Source of the DNA: Patescibacteria group bacterium
GTDB taxonomy: Bacteria; Patescibacteriota; Minisyncoccia; 2-02-FULL-40-12; GWA2-44-9
Assembly (NCBI GenBank): GCA_038061995.1
Contig: JBBTYA010000001.1
Location: 10,441-74,440 of the forward strand
DNA length: 64,000 bases
Reading direction: 5' to 3'
The translations under genes and the position numbers were made by a program. Below are positions 1 to 8,114 of this stretch, one piece after another. Positions within the stretch are counted from its first letter, which is position 1, and every line of letters starts with the position of its first letter. A model generated the notes under the pieces. That model was not told where the DNA came from, ran no database searches, and saw nothing but the letters and a program-made list of their open reading frames with translations.

Positions 1-57
1 TTTTTTGTATCTTGTTGCGGGCTTGCCCGCCGTAGATCCGCTTCCATGGATCGAAGG

Positions 58-128
58 CGGGGGCGCCAGGATTTGAACCTGGATACCTGGTTTTGGAGAC
101 CAGAGTCCTACCGTTGAACGACACCCCC
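58..128 (-). tRNA. tRNA-Trp (CCA)
   Basis: Reverse complement folds as a cloverleaf: acceptor GGGGGTG/CGCCCCC, anticodon loop CTCCAAA, T-loop GTTCAAATC. Confidence 0.95.
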
Positions 129-167
129 ATGACAAAGACCTGCGCACGGGTGCACAGGCTTTGTAAA

Positions 168-332
168 CTAGCCGGTCAGTTTTGCTTCTTTGTGAATCGT
201 CCGCTTTTTGCAAGAAGAGCAGAACTTTCGTAACTCAATCTTTCGCTCTACTTTCTTCTTGTTTTTCGACGTGTAGTAATTGGCCTCTTTACACACGGCG
301 CACTTCAGACGAATAAGGTTGTCTTGTGACAT
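168..332 (-). CDS. rpmG: 50S ribosomal protein L33 (Zn-binding type)
   Basis: MSQDNLIRLKCAVCKEANYYTSKNKK...ELRKFCSSCKKRTIHKE; start moved to the ATG at 332; usual position between tRNA-Thr and tRNA-Trp. Confidence 0.95.
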   Translation of the reverse strand: MSQDNLIRLKCAVCKEANYYTSKNKKKVERKIELRKFCSSCKKRTIHKEAKLTG

Positions 333-361
333 ATATGTAATTACGGTTATGACGAACCGTG

Positions 362-433
362 AGCCGACGGTGAGAATTGAACTCACGACCTACTCCTTAC
401 CATGGAGTTGCTCTACCTCTGAGCTACGTCGGC
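362..433 (-). tRNA. tRNA-Thr (GGT)
   Basis: GCCGACGTAGCTCAG...ACTCC-ATGGTAA-GGAGT...GTTCAATTC; complete cloverleaf. Confidence 0.95.
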
Positions 434-452
434 ATGCTTCCCTTCTCCTCAC

Positions 453-570
453 TGTGGGGGCGGTAGGCTCTCCTTCGCCTCTCGACTTGCCGTCGCAAGT
501 CTCGGGCTAGGCACCGACTCGCGATCGCATAAGCTTTTGCGATACCGCTCCGTCGTTCGAATCCCACCGC
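453..570 (-). repeat. Structured tRNA-Tyr-associated element with direct and inverted copies of the tRNA 3' end
   Basis: 453-467 is identical to 622-636 (tgtgggggcggtagg); 555-570 (gttcgaatcccaccgc) is an inverted near-copy of the T-arm/acceptor; two internal hairpins. Confidence 0.75.
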
Positions 571-623
571 TTCAGAACGACGATGATTTTTTACATGCCT
601 CAAGGCATCTAAAAAATACATTG

Positions 624-708
624 TGGGGGCGGTAGGATTCGAACCTACGTAGGCCGATCGGCCGACAGATTTACAGTCTGTTGTGATTGACCACTCCACC
701 ACACCCCC
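624..708 (-). tRNA. tRNA-Tyr (GTA)
   Basis: Cloverleaf with long variable arm; anticodon arm ACAGA-CTGTAAA-TCTGT. Confidence 0.95.
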
Positions 709-724
709 ATGTAATGAACTGCGG

Positions 725-796
725 AGCCGGCGGTCGGGATTGAACCGACGACCTACTGTTTACAAAACAGTTGCTCTACCACTGAGCTACGCCGGC
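725..796 (-). tRNA. tRNA-Thr (TGT)
   Basis: GCCGGCGTAGCTCAGTGGTAGAGC; anticodon arm ACTGT-TTTGTAA-ACAGT. Confidence 0.95.
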
Positions 797-841
797 GCAT
801 TCGTAGAGCACGAAGAAGTATAGCGTATCTAACCCAATTCT

Positions 842-1483
842 TCAATTCACATTCCCCTGCGAAAGCGCCTCGAGACCCGCCCGCAAACCAGCATGTGTTG
901 AATCTAATTTGAGCCCTGCTTCAAACGCTTCACGAGCATCCTGTGGCTGTTCCAGCTCTGCATAGACAGAGCCGATCTGCTCATAGAGCTCAACATTCTT
1001 TGGGGCACGTGCGATCGCAATAATGAGTTCTTGCTCACGCGCAATAAGCTCATCACGACGCGCTACTACAGGATCAACAACTGGCACATCTTCTACAGTA
1101 CTCCCTTCGCCTTCTGATTGCGCTTCTCCATCTTCAGGTGCCACAGGATCAGTGCTCAAGTGCCCTTCAGTCACGCCTGGGGCACGCATCGTGCGTAAAG
1201 TTGAAATAGTGCGCGTGCTTAGCGTATCAAGTCGCATCACCGCGACACGGAATGTGCGCATCATTTTCTCCAATTCGTGAGTTAAGATTGTACGAAATGG
1301 GATCGCCCGCACCGCTCCCACAAAGCTAATAGCTTCTGGGAACATGGCGTGAAACCATGTTTCATGCTCTTCTTCATGGAGCGCTGGATCAAGTTTTTTG
1401 AGGTACGGAATTTTGCGTGAAACCACCCACGCGATGCTTGCGCACGCGAGAAGAGCAATAGCAATGAGAATAAGAATACTCAC
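842..1483 (-). CDS. Membrane-anchored protein with a C-terminal TPR motif
   Basis: N-terminal hydrophobic helix; C-terminal PKNVELYEQIGSVYAELEQPQDAREAFEAGLKLD fits a TPR; directly downstream of tsf. Confidence 0.75.
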   Translation of the reverse strand: MSILILIAIALLACASIAWVVSRKIPYLKKLDPALHEEEHETWFHAMFPEAISFVGAVRAIPFRTILTHELEKMMRTFRVAVMRLDTLSTRTISTLRTMRAPGVTEGHLSTDPVAPEDGEAQSEGEGSTVEDVPVVDPVVARRDELIAREQELIIAIARAPKNVELYEQIGSVYAELEQPQDAREAFEAGLKLDSTHAGLRAGLEALSQGNVN

Positions 1484-1485
1484 AA

Positions 1486-1938
1486 TTACACTTCAAGCAG
1501 GGAGAACGAATCGAGCTGGATATTCTCCCCTAGTTTGCCGACTGCTTGGGTTATAGCGTCGCGCACCTTCATGCTTGGATCACGAATAAATTCCTGATCT
1601 AGCAACTCTTCTTGCGAGGAAGGCTTCATCGCCGCAACATGCATCGCAAGCTCTTTCGTCAGCGTTTGGAACTCTGGGTTTCGTGCTACGAAATCTGTTT
1701 CGCAACGCACGAGCACCATCGCGGCCACTTTGCCATTCGTATGCACGTAGGCACCAATGCCGCCTTCCGTGGTTGCGCGATCAGCTTTCTTCGCAGCTGC
1801 GGAAGCGCCAAACGCTTTGAGCGCTTCACGAGCTTTTACTACATCACCGCTCGCATCAGAGAGCGCTTTCTTGATCTCTCCAAATGAGAGTCCCGTTTCA
1901 TCACGAAGCGCTTTGATTGTCTGGATATCGTCTGCCAT
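1486..1938 (-). CDS. tsf: Elongation factor Ts (short form)
   Basis: IKALRDETGL...KKAL, CETDFVARN, MHVAAMKP motifs; downstream of rpsB. Confidence 0.95.
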   Translation of the reverse strand: MADDIQTIKALRDETGLSFGEIKKALSDASGDVVKAREALKAFGASAAAKKADRATTEGGIGAYVHTNGKVAAMVLVRCETDFVARNPEFQTLTKELAMHVAAMKPSSQEELLDQEFIRDPSMKVRDAITQAVGKLGENIQLDSFSLLEV

Positions 1939-1968
1939 AAGCCTCCTCTTCACCTGCAGGCGAGACAA

Positions 1969-2661
1969 CTAGCGAACGAGCAATTGTTCGCGAATCGTGT
2001 TCAGCAACAGGTCAACAGAAATTTTCGAACGATCGTTTGCCGGGATCGCGACGGCGATGTCGCGAGGGTTTGAGTCAGTATTCGCAATAGCAATCACAGG
2101 AACATTCATGCGTGCTGATTCACTCACCGCAAGCTTCCCTTCTTTCAGTGATGCAACGAATACGAGATCCGGCATGCGCGTGAGGCGCTTGAGGCCGCCG
2201 AAGCGATCCTGCATTTTCGCGAGCTCGCGGCGCATGCGCACTTGCTCGTGTTTTGCATATTTCTCAAGGCCACCTTCCGCTGCCATCTTTTCTAATTCCT
2301 CAAGCTTGCGCACGCGACTGTTAATCACCTTGAAATTGGTGAGCGTGCCGCCAAGCCATCGGGTGAGTACGTACGGCATCTGCACTTCGTCGGCAATGGC
2401 ACGAATGCCCTCTTCCGCTTGCTTAGTCGCCGCAACGAAGAGCACAAGCTTCCCGCTTGTAAGTGCGGTTTTGAGCTCTTCAGCTGCTGCGATCAGCTTC
2501 TCCTGCGTTTTTAGGAGATCGATAATGCAGATACCATCTTTCACAGTAAACAAGAATTCATCCATACCTGGATGAAACACTGTGCGCTTGCGTCCGAAGT
2601 GCATGCCTGCTTTCAGCATGTCCTCGTAAGCCAAAATGGTGTTTGTTGTATCTAATGCCAT
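1969..2661 (-). CDS. rpsB: 30S ribosomal protein S2
   Basis: MLKAGMHFG, RWLGGTLTNF, NTDSNP, IPANDRS motifs. Confidence 0.97.
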   Translation of the reverse strand: MALDTTNTILAYEDMLKAGMHFGRKRTVFHPGMDEFLFTVKDGICIIDLLKTQEKLIAAAEELKTALTSGKLVLFVAATKQAEEGIRAIADEVQMPYVLTRWLGGTLTNFKVINSRVRKLEELEKMAAEGGLEKYAKHEQVRMRRELAKMQDRFGGLKRLTRMPDLVFVASLKEGKLAVSESARMNVPVIAIANTDSNPRDIAVAIPANDRSKISVDLLLNTIREQLLVR

Positions 2662-2771
2662 AATAAATATGAAGCCCGATTAGGATAGCAGAGAAAGACC
2701 CCTAAAGTCAACGCTGGGGGCTAGACAGAGGGGCTCCCCCGTGATACCCTGAATCGCACATAAATCCATAT

Positions 2772-3011
2772 ATGAAGACTGATATTCATCCAACGTACTA
2801 CCCCGCCGCCAAGGTAACTTGCGCTTGCGGCAATACCTTTGTTACTGGCTCTACGAAAGAGTCCTTGTCTGCTTCCATCTGTGACAAGTGTCACCCGTTC
2901 TATACGGGGAAAGAAAAGATCGTAGACACTCGCGGTCGCGTTGAAAAGTTCAAAAAGCGCCTGGAGAAAACGACAGCTGCCAAGACGGGAGCAAAAACCA
3001 AGAAGAAATAA
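2772..3011 (+). CDS. rpmE: 50S ribosomal protein L31
   Basis: MKTDIHPTY...CACG...[11 protein letters not shown]...GRVEKFKKR. Confidence 0.97.
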   Translation: MKTDIHPTYYPAAKVTCACGNTFVTGSTKESLSASICDKCHPFYTGKEKIVDTRGRVEKFKKRLEKTTAAKTGAKTKKK

Positions 3012-3014
3012 GCA

Positions 3015-3045
3015 CAAAAGCTCCCTATGGGAGCTTTTGCTTTTT
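3015..3045 (+). terminator. Intrinsic terminator after rpmE
   Basis: caaaagctccc-tat-gggagcttttg followed by a T-tract. Confidence 0.8.
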
Positions 3046-3056
3046 GCAACATTCCT

Positions 3057-3863
3057 ATGAATTACGATTGGAAACAGTATCAAACATCACAAAAGGTTCA
3101 TACGCCTAGCAACCCCACAGACGAGGCGATCGTTGAAATTCGCGCTGGTGCCGGTGGGCAGGAAGCTGCAATCTTTGCGGGCGACCTTTTCTCTATGTAT
3201 CGCAAACACGCCCAGAACAAAGGCTGGCGTTTTGAAATCCTTGATACTGCCCTCGGAGACTCTGGAGGATATAAGAACGTCTCCTTTGAAGTCCGTGGTA
3301 AGAATGCCTTTAAAGACATGCGCTATGAATCTGGCGTGCATCGCGTACAGCGAGTTCCCGACACTGAACGCAGTGGCCGCGTCCACACCTCAACCGCCAC
3401 CGTTGCGGTCCTCCCTATCGCCTCAGAGCAAGAAGTGAGTATCCGCCAAGACGAGATCGAACTCACCTTCTCGCGCGCCGGTGGTCCTGGTGGTCAGAAC
3501 GTCAACAAGGTTGAAACCGCAGTCCGCATCCTACATAAGCCAACGGGCATCGTGATCTCCTGTCGCCAAGAACGAAGCCAGCACGGCAATCGCGAGAAAG
3601 CTATGGAGATGCTTCGCACAAAGATTGCCGAGCTCAAGCGCGTTGAAGCAACGGGTAACATTACCGAGGAACGCCGCAAGCAGATCGGCACTGGAGATCG
3701 CTCCGAGAAAATTCGCACTTACAACTTCCCCCAAGACCGCATCACCGACCACCGTATTAAAAAGAACTGGGGCAACATCGAGCGTATTCTTGCTGGCAAC
3801 ATGGATGCTATCTTTGAAGCTATGCAAGAAGGTATGACAAACCCCGATCAACCTACGCAGTAA
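3057..3863 (+). CDS. prfA: Peptide chain release factor 1, N-terminally short
   Basis: [25 protein letters not shown] (RF1-type PxT), [27 protein letters not shown]. Confidence 0.93.
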   Translation: MNYDWKQYQTSQKVHTPSNPTDEAIVEIRAGAGGQEAAIFAGDLFSMYRKHAQNKGWRFEILDTALGDSGGYKNVSFEVRGKNAFKDMRYESGVHRVQRVPDTERSGRVHTSTATVAVLPIASEQEVSIRQDEIELTFSRAGGPGGQNVNKVETAVRILHKPTGIVISCRQERSQHGNREKAMEMLRTKIAELKRVEATGNITEERRKQIGTGDRSEKIRTYNFPQDRITDHRIKKNWGNIERILAGNMDAIFEAMQEGMTNPDQPTQ

Positions 3864-3888
3864 CCTTCCCTACCCTCTTATATCCTTT

Positions 3889-4347
3889 ATGAATGTTGCC
3901 GACTCCCCAGAGATTCTCAAAAGCCCCATCTTTACTCCTCGCCCCGGGTGGCGCCGCTTCTTCCCTGCGTGGGCAGTGATTGGTGCGCTCGTTTTTATTA
4001 CCGCTGCAGTCATTCTTTTTTCTCGTGCAGAAAATACTGATGTGGATAACATGGCGTCTCCAACACCAGACACAACGGACACATTCTCTATTACTATTGA
4101 ACGTGGCGATGGCCCCCTCCATGTTGCACGAAAAGCAGTAACTACCGTTACCCCGCTTCTCTCTATTTCTGTAGATCCAGCAATCCTTCTTCTTGCAGAG
4201 ATGCGTATCGCACAAGAGCTTCCCCTGCTACTCATTCCGGAAGCGCAATATACATTCACCACCTCACACGTCCTCTCCGTTATTTCAGAGACGGCTCAAA
4301 CCATTACGCCCAAACAACGTCAGTCCCTCGCCCCGTATTTGAAATAA
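3889..4347 (+). CDS. Hypothetical single-TM protein
   Basis: 152-aa ORF with one hydrophobic segment, co-oriented with prfA; no recognised motif. Confidence 0.55.
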   Translation: MNVADSPEILKSPIFTPRPGWRRFFPAWAVIGALVFITAAVILFSRAENTDVDNMASPTPDTTDTFSITIERGDGPLHVARKAVTTVTPLLSISVDPAILLLAEMRIAQELPLLLIPEAQYTFTTSHVLSVISETAQTITPKQRQSLAPYLK

Positions 4348-4366
4348 ATAAGAAGAGCTTGTAGGA

Positions 4367-4501
4367 GGGATGGGTGTTATTTTCACTACCCTCTCGCAGC
4401 CCGAACAGTAAAGATTGCTCTATAACATAAGGTGAGGGCGAGTAGGAGCGCGAGCATTCGCAGGATGCTCGACGCGTGGTAGGGAAAGTAACACCCATCC
4501 C
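4367..4501 (+). ncRNA. Dispersed structured element, copy A
   Basis: Closing stem 4367-4390/4478-4501 (24 nt, two non-Watson-Crick positions); core ctctc-gca-gccc-ga...ga-gggc-gag and gcg-cgagcat-tcgcagg-atgctcg-a-cgc shared with copies B-D. Confidence 0.7.
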
Positions 4502-4514
4502 GATTGATTTTATA

Positions 4515-4547
4515 AAACAAAACACGCCCATCGGGACGTGTTTTGTA
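4515..4547 (-). terminator. Terminator of rplY
   Basis: caaaacacg-cccatcggga-cgtgttttg hairpin with A/T tails. Confidence 0.6.
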
Positions 4548-4560
4548 ATGAGTGAGAGGG

Positions 4561-5259
4561 TTACTCCTCCTTTGGAGCTTCCTCTGCTGCGCCTTCTTCG
4601 GCAACAGCTTCCTCGCCTTCTTCCTTCTCACGCTTGATCTCTTCAACAGCGGAGACGTCAGTGGTTGGCTCGGCAAGAGATGCATCGAGCTCTTCCTGGC
4701 TGATTGGTTCTTGGACGGTCGCCAAGATCTCATTTCCTTCTGCGCGGATCTCTGCTTTTTCAAGCTTGATGTCTTTTACCAAGATTTGGTCACCAAATGC
4801 TTTGAGCAACGAAAGATCTACCGAGATTTCTTGTGGCATCTCCTCAGGGAGTGCTTCCACTTCAACTTCGTTCAAGCCACGGACGAAGACTGCCTTGAGC
4901 TCCTCTACTGCGGAAGATTCGCCGACAAAGACGATTGGCACATTTGCGCGGATCTTCTGGTCGAGGCGTACTTTATGGAAATCAACGTGCATGATCGTGT
5001 CGGTGACTGGATCACGTGAGATGTCTTTTACAACGGTTGGGATTGCAGTGCCATCGATGGAGAGGTAGACGACTGCCGTTTCACCGGCCTTCTTAAATGC
5101 GCCATCAAATGCCTTTGCGGGCATTTCAATGCTCTGCGCCTCCATGCCTTGGCCATAGACCACGGCTGGGATCATGCCTTCGGCGCGAAGATGGCGAACT
5201 GCAGCCCCTGTTCGGGTGCGTGCGCTCGCCTGTAATTCGATTTTCTGTGCTTTTGCCAT
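4561..5259 (-). CDS. rplY: 50S ribosomal protein L25/Ctc
   Basis: LRAEGMIPAVVYG, HVDFH, VPIVFVGES motifs and acidic tail; start moved to the ATG at 5259. Confidence 0.95.
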   Translation of the reverse strand: MAKAQKIELQASARTRTGAAVRHLRAEGMIPAVVYGQGMEAQSIEMPAKAFDGAFKKAGETAVVYLSIDGTAIPTVVKDISRDPVTDTIMHVDFHKVRLDQKIRANVPIVFVGESSAVEELKAVFVRGLNEVEVEALPEEMPQEISVDLSLLKAFGDQILVKDIKLEKAEIRAEGNEILATVQEPISQEELDASLAEPTTDVSAVEEIKREKEEGEEAVAEEGAAEEAPKEE

Positions 5260-5332
5260 AGTAGTATAGAGAGAATACGAAGCTCGGATATCGTACCAAA
5301 GCCAAGCCAAAAAGGCAAGAAGTCTCATCGGC

Positions 5333-5481
5333 AAAGAAGCCTTCGCATCCCTCCAGACACGCGTCTCATGCTTCCTGCGAGCATGAGCGCTCCCTCTCAC
5401 CCTCACCCAAGCTTCTGTACTAGAAGCTCGACCAAGCGGTTTGGGTTCCGAGAGGTCTTACGGGATTACGAAGGCTTCTTT
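5333..5481 (-). ncRNA. Dispersed structured element, copy B
   Basis: Closing stem aaagaagccttcgtaatccc/gggatgcgaaggcttcttt; minus-strand core cctctcggaacccaaaccgcttggtcgagc...gggtgagggtgagagggagcgctcatgctcgcaggaagcatgagacgcgtg is very similar to copy C. Confidence 0.75.
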
Positions 5482-5489
5482 TGGGCTGG

Positions 5490-5518
5490 TTGCGCAACAT
5501 ATAAAAACGTTGTATAAT
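5490..5518 (+). promoter_or_regulatory. Sigma70-type promoter
   Basis: TTGCGC-17 nt-TATAAT upstream of the 5617 ORF. Confidence 0.6.
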
Positions 5519-5616
5519 AATAGTGCTGGGATGCTACGGCATCACCGGTGTGTCCGAATCAGCGCCTAAGGGTGCAATGGTGGGATACCCTTAACAATAA
5601 AGAAAGGACGTAGGCC

Positions 5617-6582
5617 ATGCTATTCATGCTCGGCGTGATTGGTGCTGCCGTCTTCTGCCTGGGAGGGCTAATCCGGGGGTTGGCTCGTAATTGGAGAAAC
5701 CTCCCCAACTTCGTCTGCAACAAGGTTGGCGGCGTGACCGCCTACTGCTCAGTAGAAGACTTCCGTGCTGGAAAGCGCATCCCTGGCGACATGGTAGTGG
5801 CTCCCGGCACCATCTCGTTCATCGAAAAGCCATGGTCAGGCATGCCATGCGCGGCCTATCTCATGAACGCGTCACCATGGCCCTTCTTCTACGGCGACGC
5901 AAAGAACGAGCCACAGCTCTTCGTGCCGTTCGCGTCGGAGCGACACATGCCATTCAAGGCTCAAGCCAGCGTCTTCAGCTTCGCCCCGAAGACGCTGGAA
6001 GAGCTCGAAAAGATGATCAGAGACAAGCGAGAGAGAAACACTCGCAATGATGCGCGCTTCCGTCTCCTCAAATTCGAGCGCAAGTTCGATGAGGAGATCT
6101 TCACAACAAGACTGGTTGCCTTCTTCCTCGTTTTGGTGGTGATAGCTGTCGGATCACTGAGAGGGCTCGACCGATGGGAGAAGGAGCGCCTCGCAGCACC
6201 GGCAGCGTTCTACACCACGACCGCCGGCTCCTCTGAGCTCACCGAGCATCGCGGGACCGAAGGCGATCTGCGAAAGCTGATCGTCTACGGAGGTATCAAC
6301 GATACCATCGTTGCAGGGCCGGTCACGGATATCATGGCTCTCGGCGGAGGACTTTCGTACGTCTGCGTCCGCGTGGGCTCCCCCGAGCGCAGAGAGTGTG
6401 GCTTCGGAGGCCTGGAGACGGTGGCCCAGAAGATCGGGCAGACCGCCTACATTCGCAAGAGCCTTGGGAAAAACTGGTTCGTGCCCAACAGCCCCGAAGG
6501 CTACAGTGATTCCGTCTCGTGGCTCATCACCAAGCCCGAGGCAAGAGCGCTCGCCGCGAAAGGCTACGCGCTCAAGGAGTAA
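5617..6582 (+). CDS. Orphan membrane protein
   Basis: 321-aa ORF, AAAGGA RBS, G/C-ending codons, two hydrophobic segments, own promoter and terminator. Confidence 0.8.
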   Translation: MLFMLGVIGAAVFCLGGLIRGLARNWRNLPNFVCNKVGGVTAYCSVEDFRAGKRIPGDMVVAPGTISFIEKPWSGMPCAAYLMNASPWPFFYGDAKNEPQLFVPFASERHMPFKAQASVFSFAPKTLEELEKMIRDKRERNTRNDARFRLLKFERKFDEEIFTTRLVAFFLVLVVIAVGSLRGLDRWEKERLAAPAAFYTTTAGSSELTEHRGTEGDLRKLIVYGGINDTIVAGPVTDIMALGGGLSYVCVRVGSPERRECGFGGLETVAQKIGQTAYIRKSLGKNWFVPNSPEGYSDSVSWLITKPEARALAAKGYALKE

Positions 6583-6589
6583 TCCCCAC

Positions 6590-6629
6590 AGCCCCAGAGA
6601 AATCTTCTGATTTCTCTGGGGCTTCTTCA
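6590..6629 (+). terminator. Intrinsic terminator
   Basis: agccccagagaaatc-ttct-gatttctctggggct, 15-bp stem. Confidence 0.75.
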
Positions 6630-6659
6630 TTTATAAAGCTGAAAGCTGGCAGGGTATAC

Positions 6660-6692
6660 AAAAAGAGAGGCGCTTAAGCGCCTCTCTTTTTT
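6660..6692 (-). terminator. Terminator of the surface-protein operon (bidirectional type)
   Basis: aaaaagagaggcgc-ttaa-gcgcctctcttttt. Confidence 0.8.
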
Positions 6693-6709
6693 CTTACACA
6701 TACCACCCT

Positions 6710-7426
6710 CTAGAACCCTGAACGATTACGGCGCGAGGCGTTCCAGCGCCATGCTGCGAGCGCTACAAGAATAACTGCCGCCAGCACTCCCCACGTGCGA
6801 GTCGTAAGGCCGAGGAAGAATGCTGCCTGTGTAAGGTCAGGCGTTTCGCCCTCTGTTTCTGTTCCTACAGTATTACCTTCAAGTGGCGTTGGGCTTACTG
6901 ATGCCCCTGCAATTGCTCCTGCATCAGGTGACGCAGTTGCCGCTGCTGGAGCTGGCGTACGCACCGTAACTGCTACCGTGCTACCGCCAGTGAAAAGGTT
7001 TGCGTTCGTGCCATCAAGCATGAGTGTAGCGCCTGCTACTGCGATAGTTGCAGTGCCTGCCTGCTTTGCGCGAAAGGTTGCCGTACCTAATGCGCGAGGC
7101 GTGTTGAAGCCACCCGCGACACCGCCTGTTTTAATGAGTGCGCCTGTGGCGTTATCAATGGCATCATAGCCAGGTTGCGCTACGGGAAGCCATCCCGAAG
7201 CAAACGTGAAACCGGTTACTTCAAGAACTGCTGGATCAAACGAGACGTTTGCACGCGCTGTCGTAATGGTTGCGCCAGTTGGATTTGCGGTCACGGTAAC
7301 GGTGAAGCGCTGCCCGGTAGATACCGCACGTGATGCTTGGCCAAGCGAGATCGTTGCCGCATGTGCGGAAGTCGCCACAGCCCCCACTAATACAACCGCG
7401 AGAACGAAAGAATAAAGATGTTTCAT
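6710..7426 (-). CDS. Cohesin-domain protein with C-terminal TM anchor
   Basis: Signal peptide (AHA), cohesin-like GQRFTVTVTA...VSFDPAVLEV...IDNATG...LGTATFRAKQAGTATI, P/A/T linker, TM helix and basic tail. Confidence 0.75.
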   Translation of the reverse strand: MKHLYSFVLAVVLVGAVATSAHAATISLGQASRAVSTGQRFTVTVTANPTGATITTARANVSFDPAVLEVTGFTFASGWLPVAQPGYDAIDNATGALIKTGGVAGGFNTPRALGTATFRAKQAGTATIAVAGATLMLDGTNANLFTGGSTVAVTVRTPAPAAATASPDAGAIAGASVSPTPLEGNTVGTETEGETPDLTQAAFFLGLTTRTWGVLAAVILVALAAWRWNASRRNRSGF

Positions 7427-7431
7427 AAAGA

Positions 7432-8109
7432 TTATACGCTCCAGTTAGTAAGCAAGAGATTAAAGTCGAAGATGTCTACCGTGCCGTCACCGGTGATATC
7501 GGCTGCACGGTTTGCTGGGTTCGGACCCCAGTTTGCCATCAAGAGGTTAAAGTCGAAGATGTCTACGCGACCATCACCGTTAATGTCGCCGCTACGTACT
7601 GCGTTGTTCGTCTGACCCGCAGTTGGCGTTGCGGTTGGAGTCGGTAATCCGCCACCCCCGCCTCCTCCACCTCCACCGCCCCCACCACCACCACCGGAAG
7701 GCGTGGGTGTTGGTGTGCTTGGTGCCGAAGAGCTAATGGTATACGAAAATGTAACCACCGTAGATGAAGCGCCGCCGCTATAGCATGCGATTGCCTTAAG
7801 CGTTGTGTTGCCACTAATACCAACAATGCCCGACGCGCCAGTGATAAGCGTGCCCGTGCTACACGTTGGCACTGTGCCGTCATCGGTGTAGCGAATGCTC
7901 TGTGCGCCAGATGCGCTCAAGGTCACACTTTGAGTCCCTATATAGCTTCCCGTGCTTGGGCTTGCTGTTGGTTCATTCACGAGCGTGCCGCCAATAGATT
8001 GACTCGTGACTGTATTTGGTTGATTGACCGTCCCCGTTACTTCCGACGCAAGTACTCCGGCGGGAACCGCCAGGAGTACTGCGAGGATAAGAGAAGAAGT
8101 GATACGCAT
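7432..8109 (-). CDS. Secreted Fn3-associated (chitobiase C-terminal-like) domain + dockerin protein
   Basis: Signal peptide; PTASP..G.Y...QSVTLS...IRYTDDGTVP...TLKAIA; poly-Gly linker; duplicated Ca-binding dockerin repeats GDINGDGRVDIFDFNLLMANW and ADITGDGTVDIFDFNLLLTNW. Confidence 0.85.
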   Translation of the reverse strand: MRITSSLILAVLLAVPAGVLASEVTGTVNQPNTVTSQSIGGTLVNEPTASPSTGSYIGTQSVTLSASGAQSIRYTDDGTVPTCSTGTLITGASGIVGISGNTTLKAIACYSGGASSTVVTFSYTISSSAPSTPTPTPSGGGGGGGGGGGGGGGGLPTPTATPTAGQTNNAVRSGDINGDGRVDIFDFNLLMANWGPNPANRAADITGDGTVDIFDFNLLLTNWSV

Positions 8110-8114
8110 AGAGG

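Noticed and set aside
453-570. An extra tRNA (such as tRNA-Gly) or tRNA pseudogene on the + strand, suggested by GTTCGAATCCC
   Set aside because: No D-arm, anticodon arm or matching acceptor stem; it is an inverted copy of the tRNA-Tyr 3' end.
3012-3056. prfB-style programmed frameshift supplying the missing release-factor N-terminus
   Set aside because: The motif is RF1-type (PDT), there is no CTT-TGA site, and the upstream DNA is rpmE and its terminator.
4367-4501. Classical MITE interpretation of the dispersed elements
   Set aside because: Terminal repeats differ between copies while the interior is conserved; no shared TIR or clear target-site duplication.
7651-7700. (CCA/CCG/CCT)n tract as a contingency repeat
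   Set aside because: It encodes the in-frame poly-Gly linker with mixed codons.
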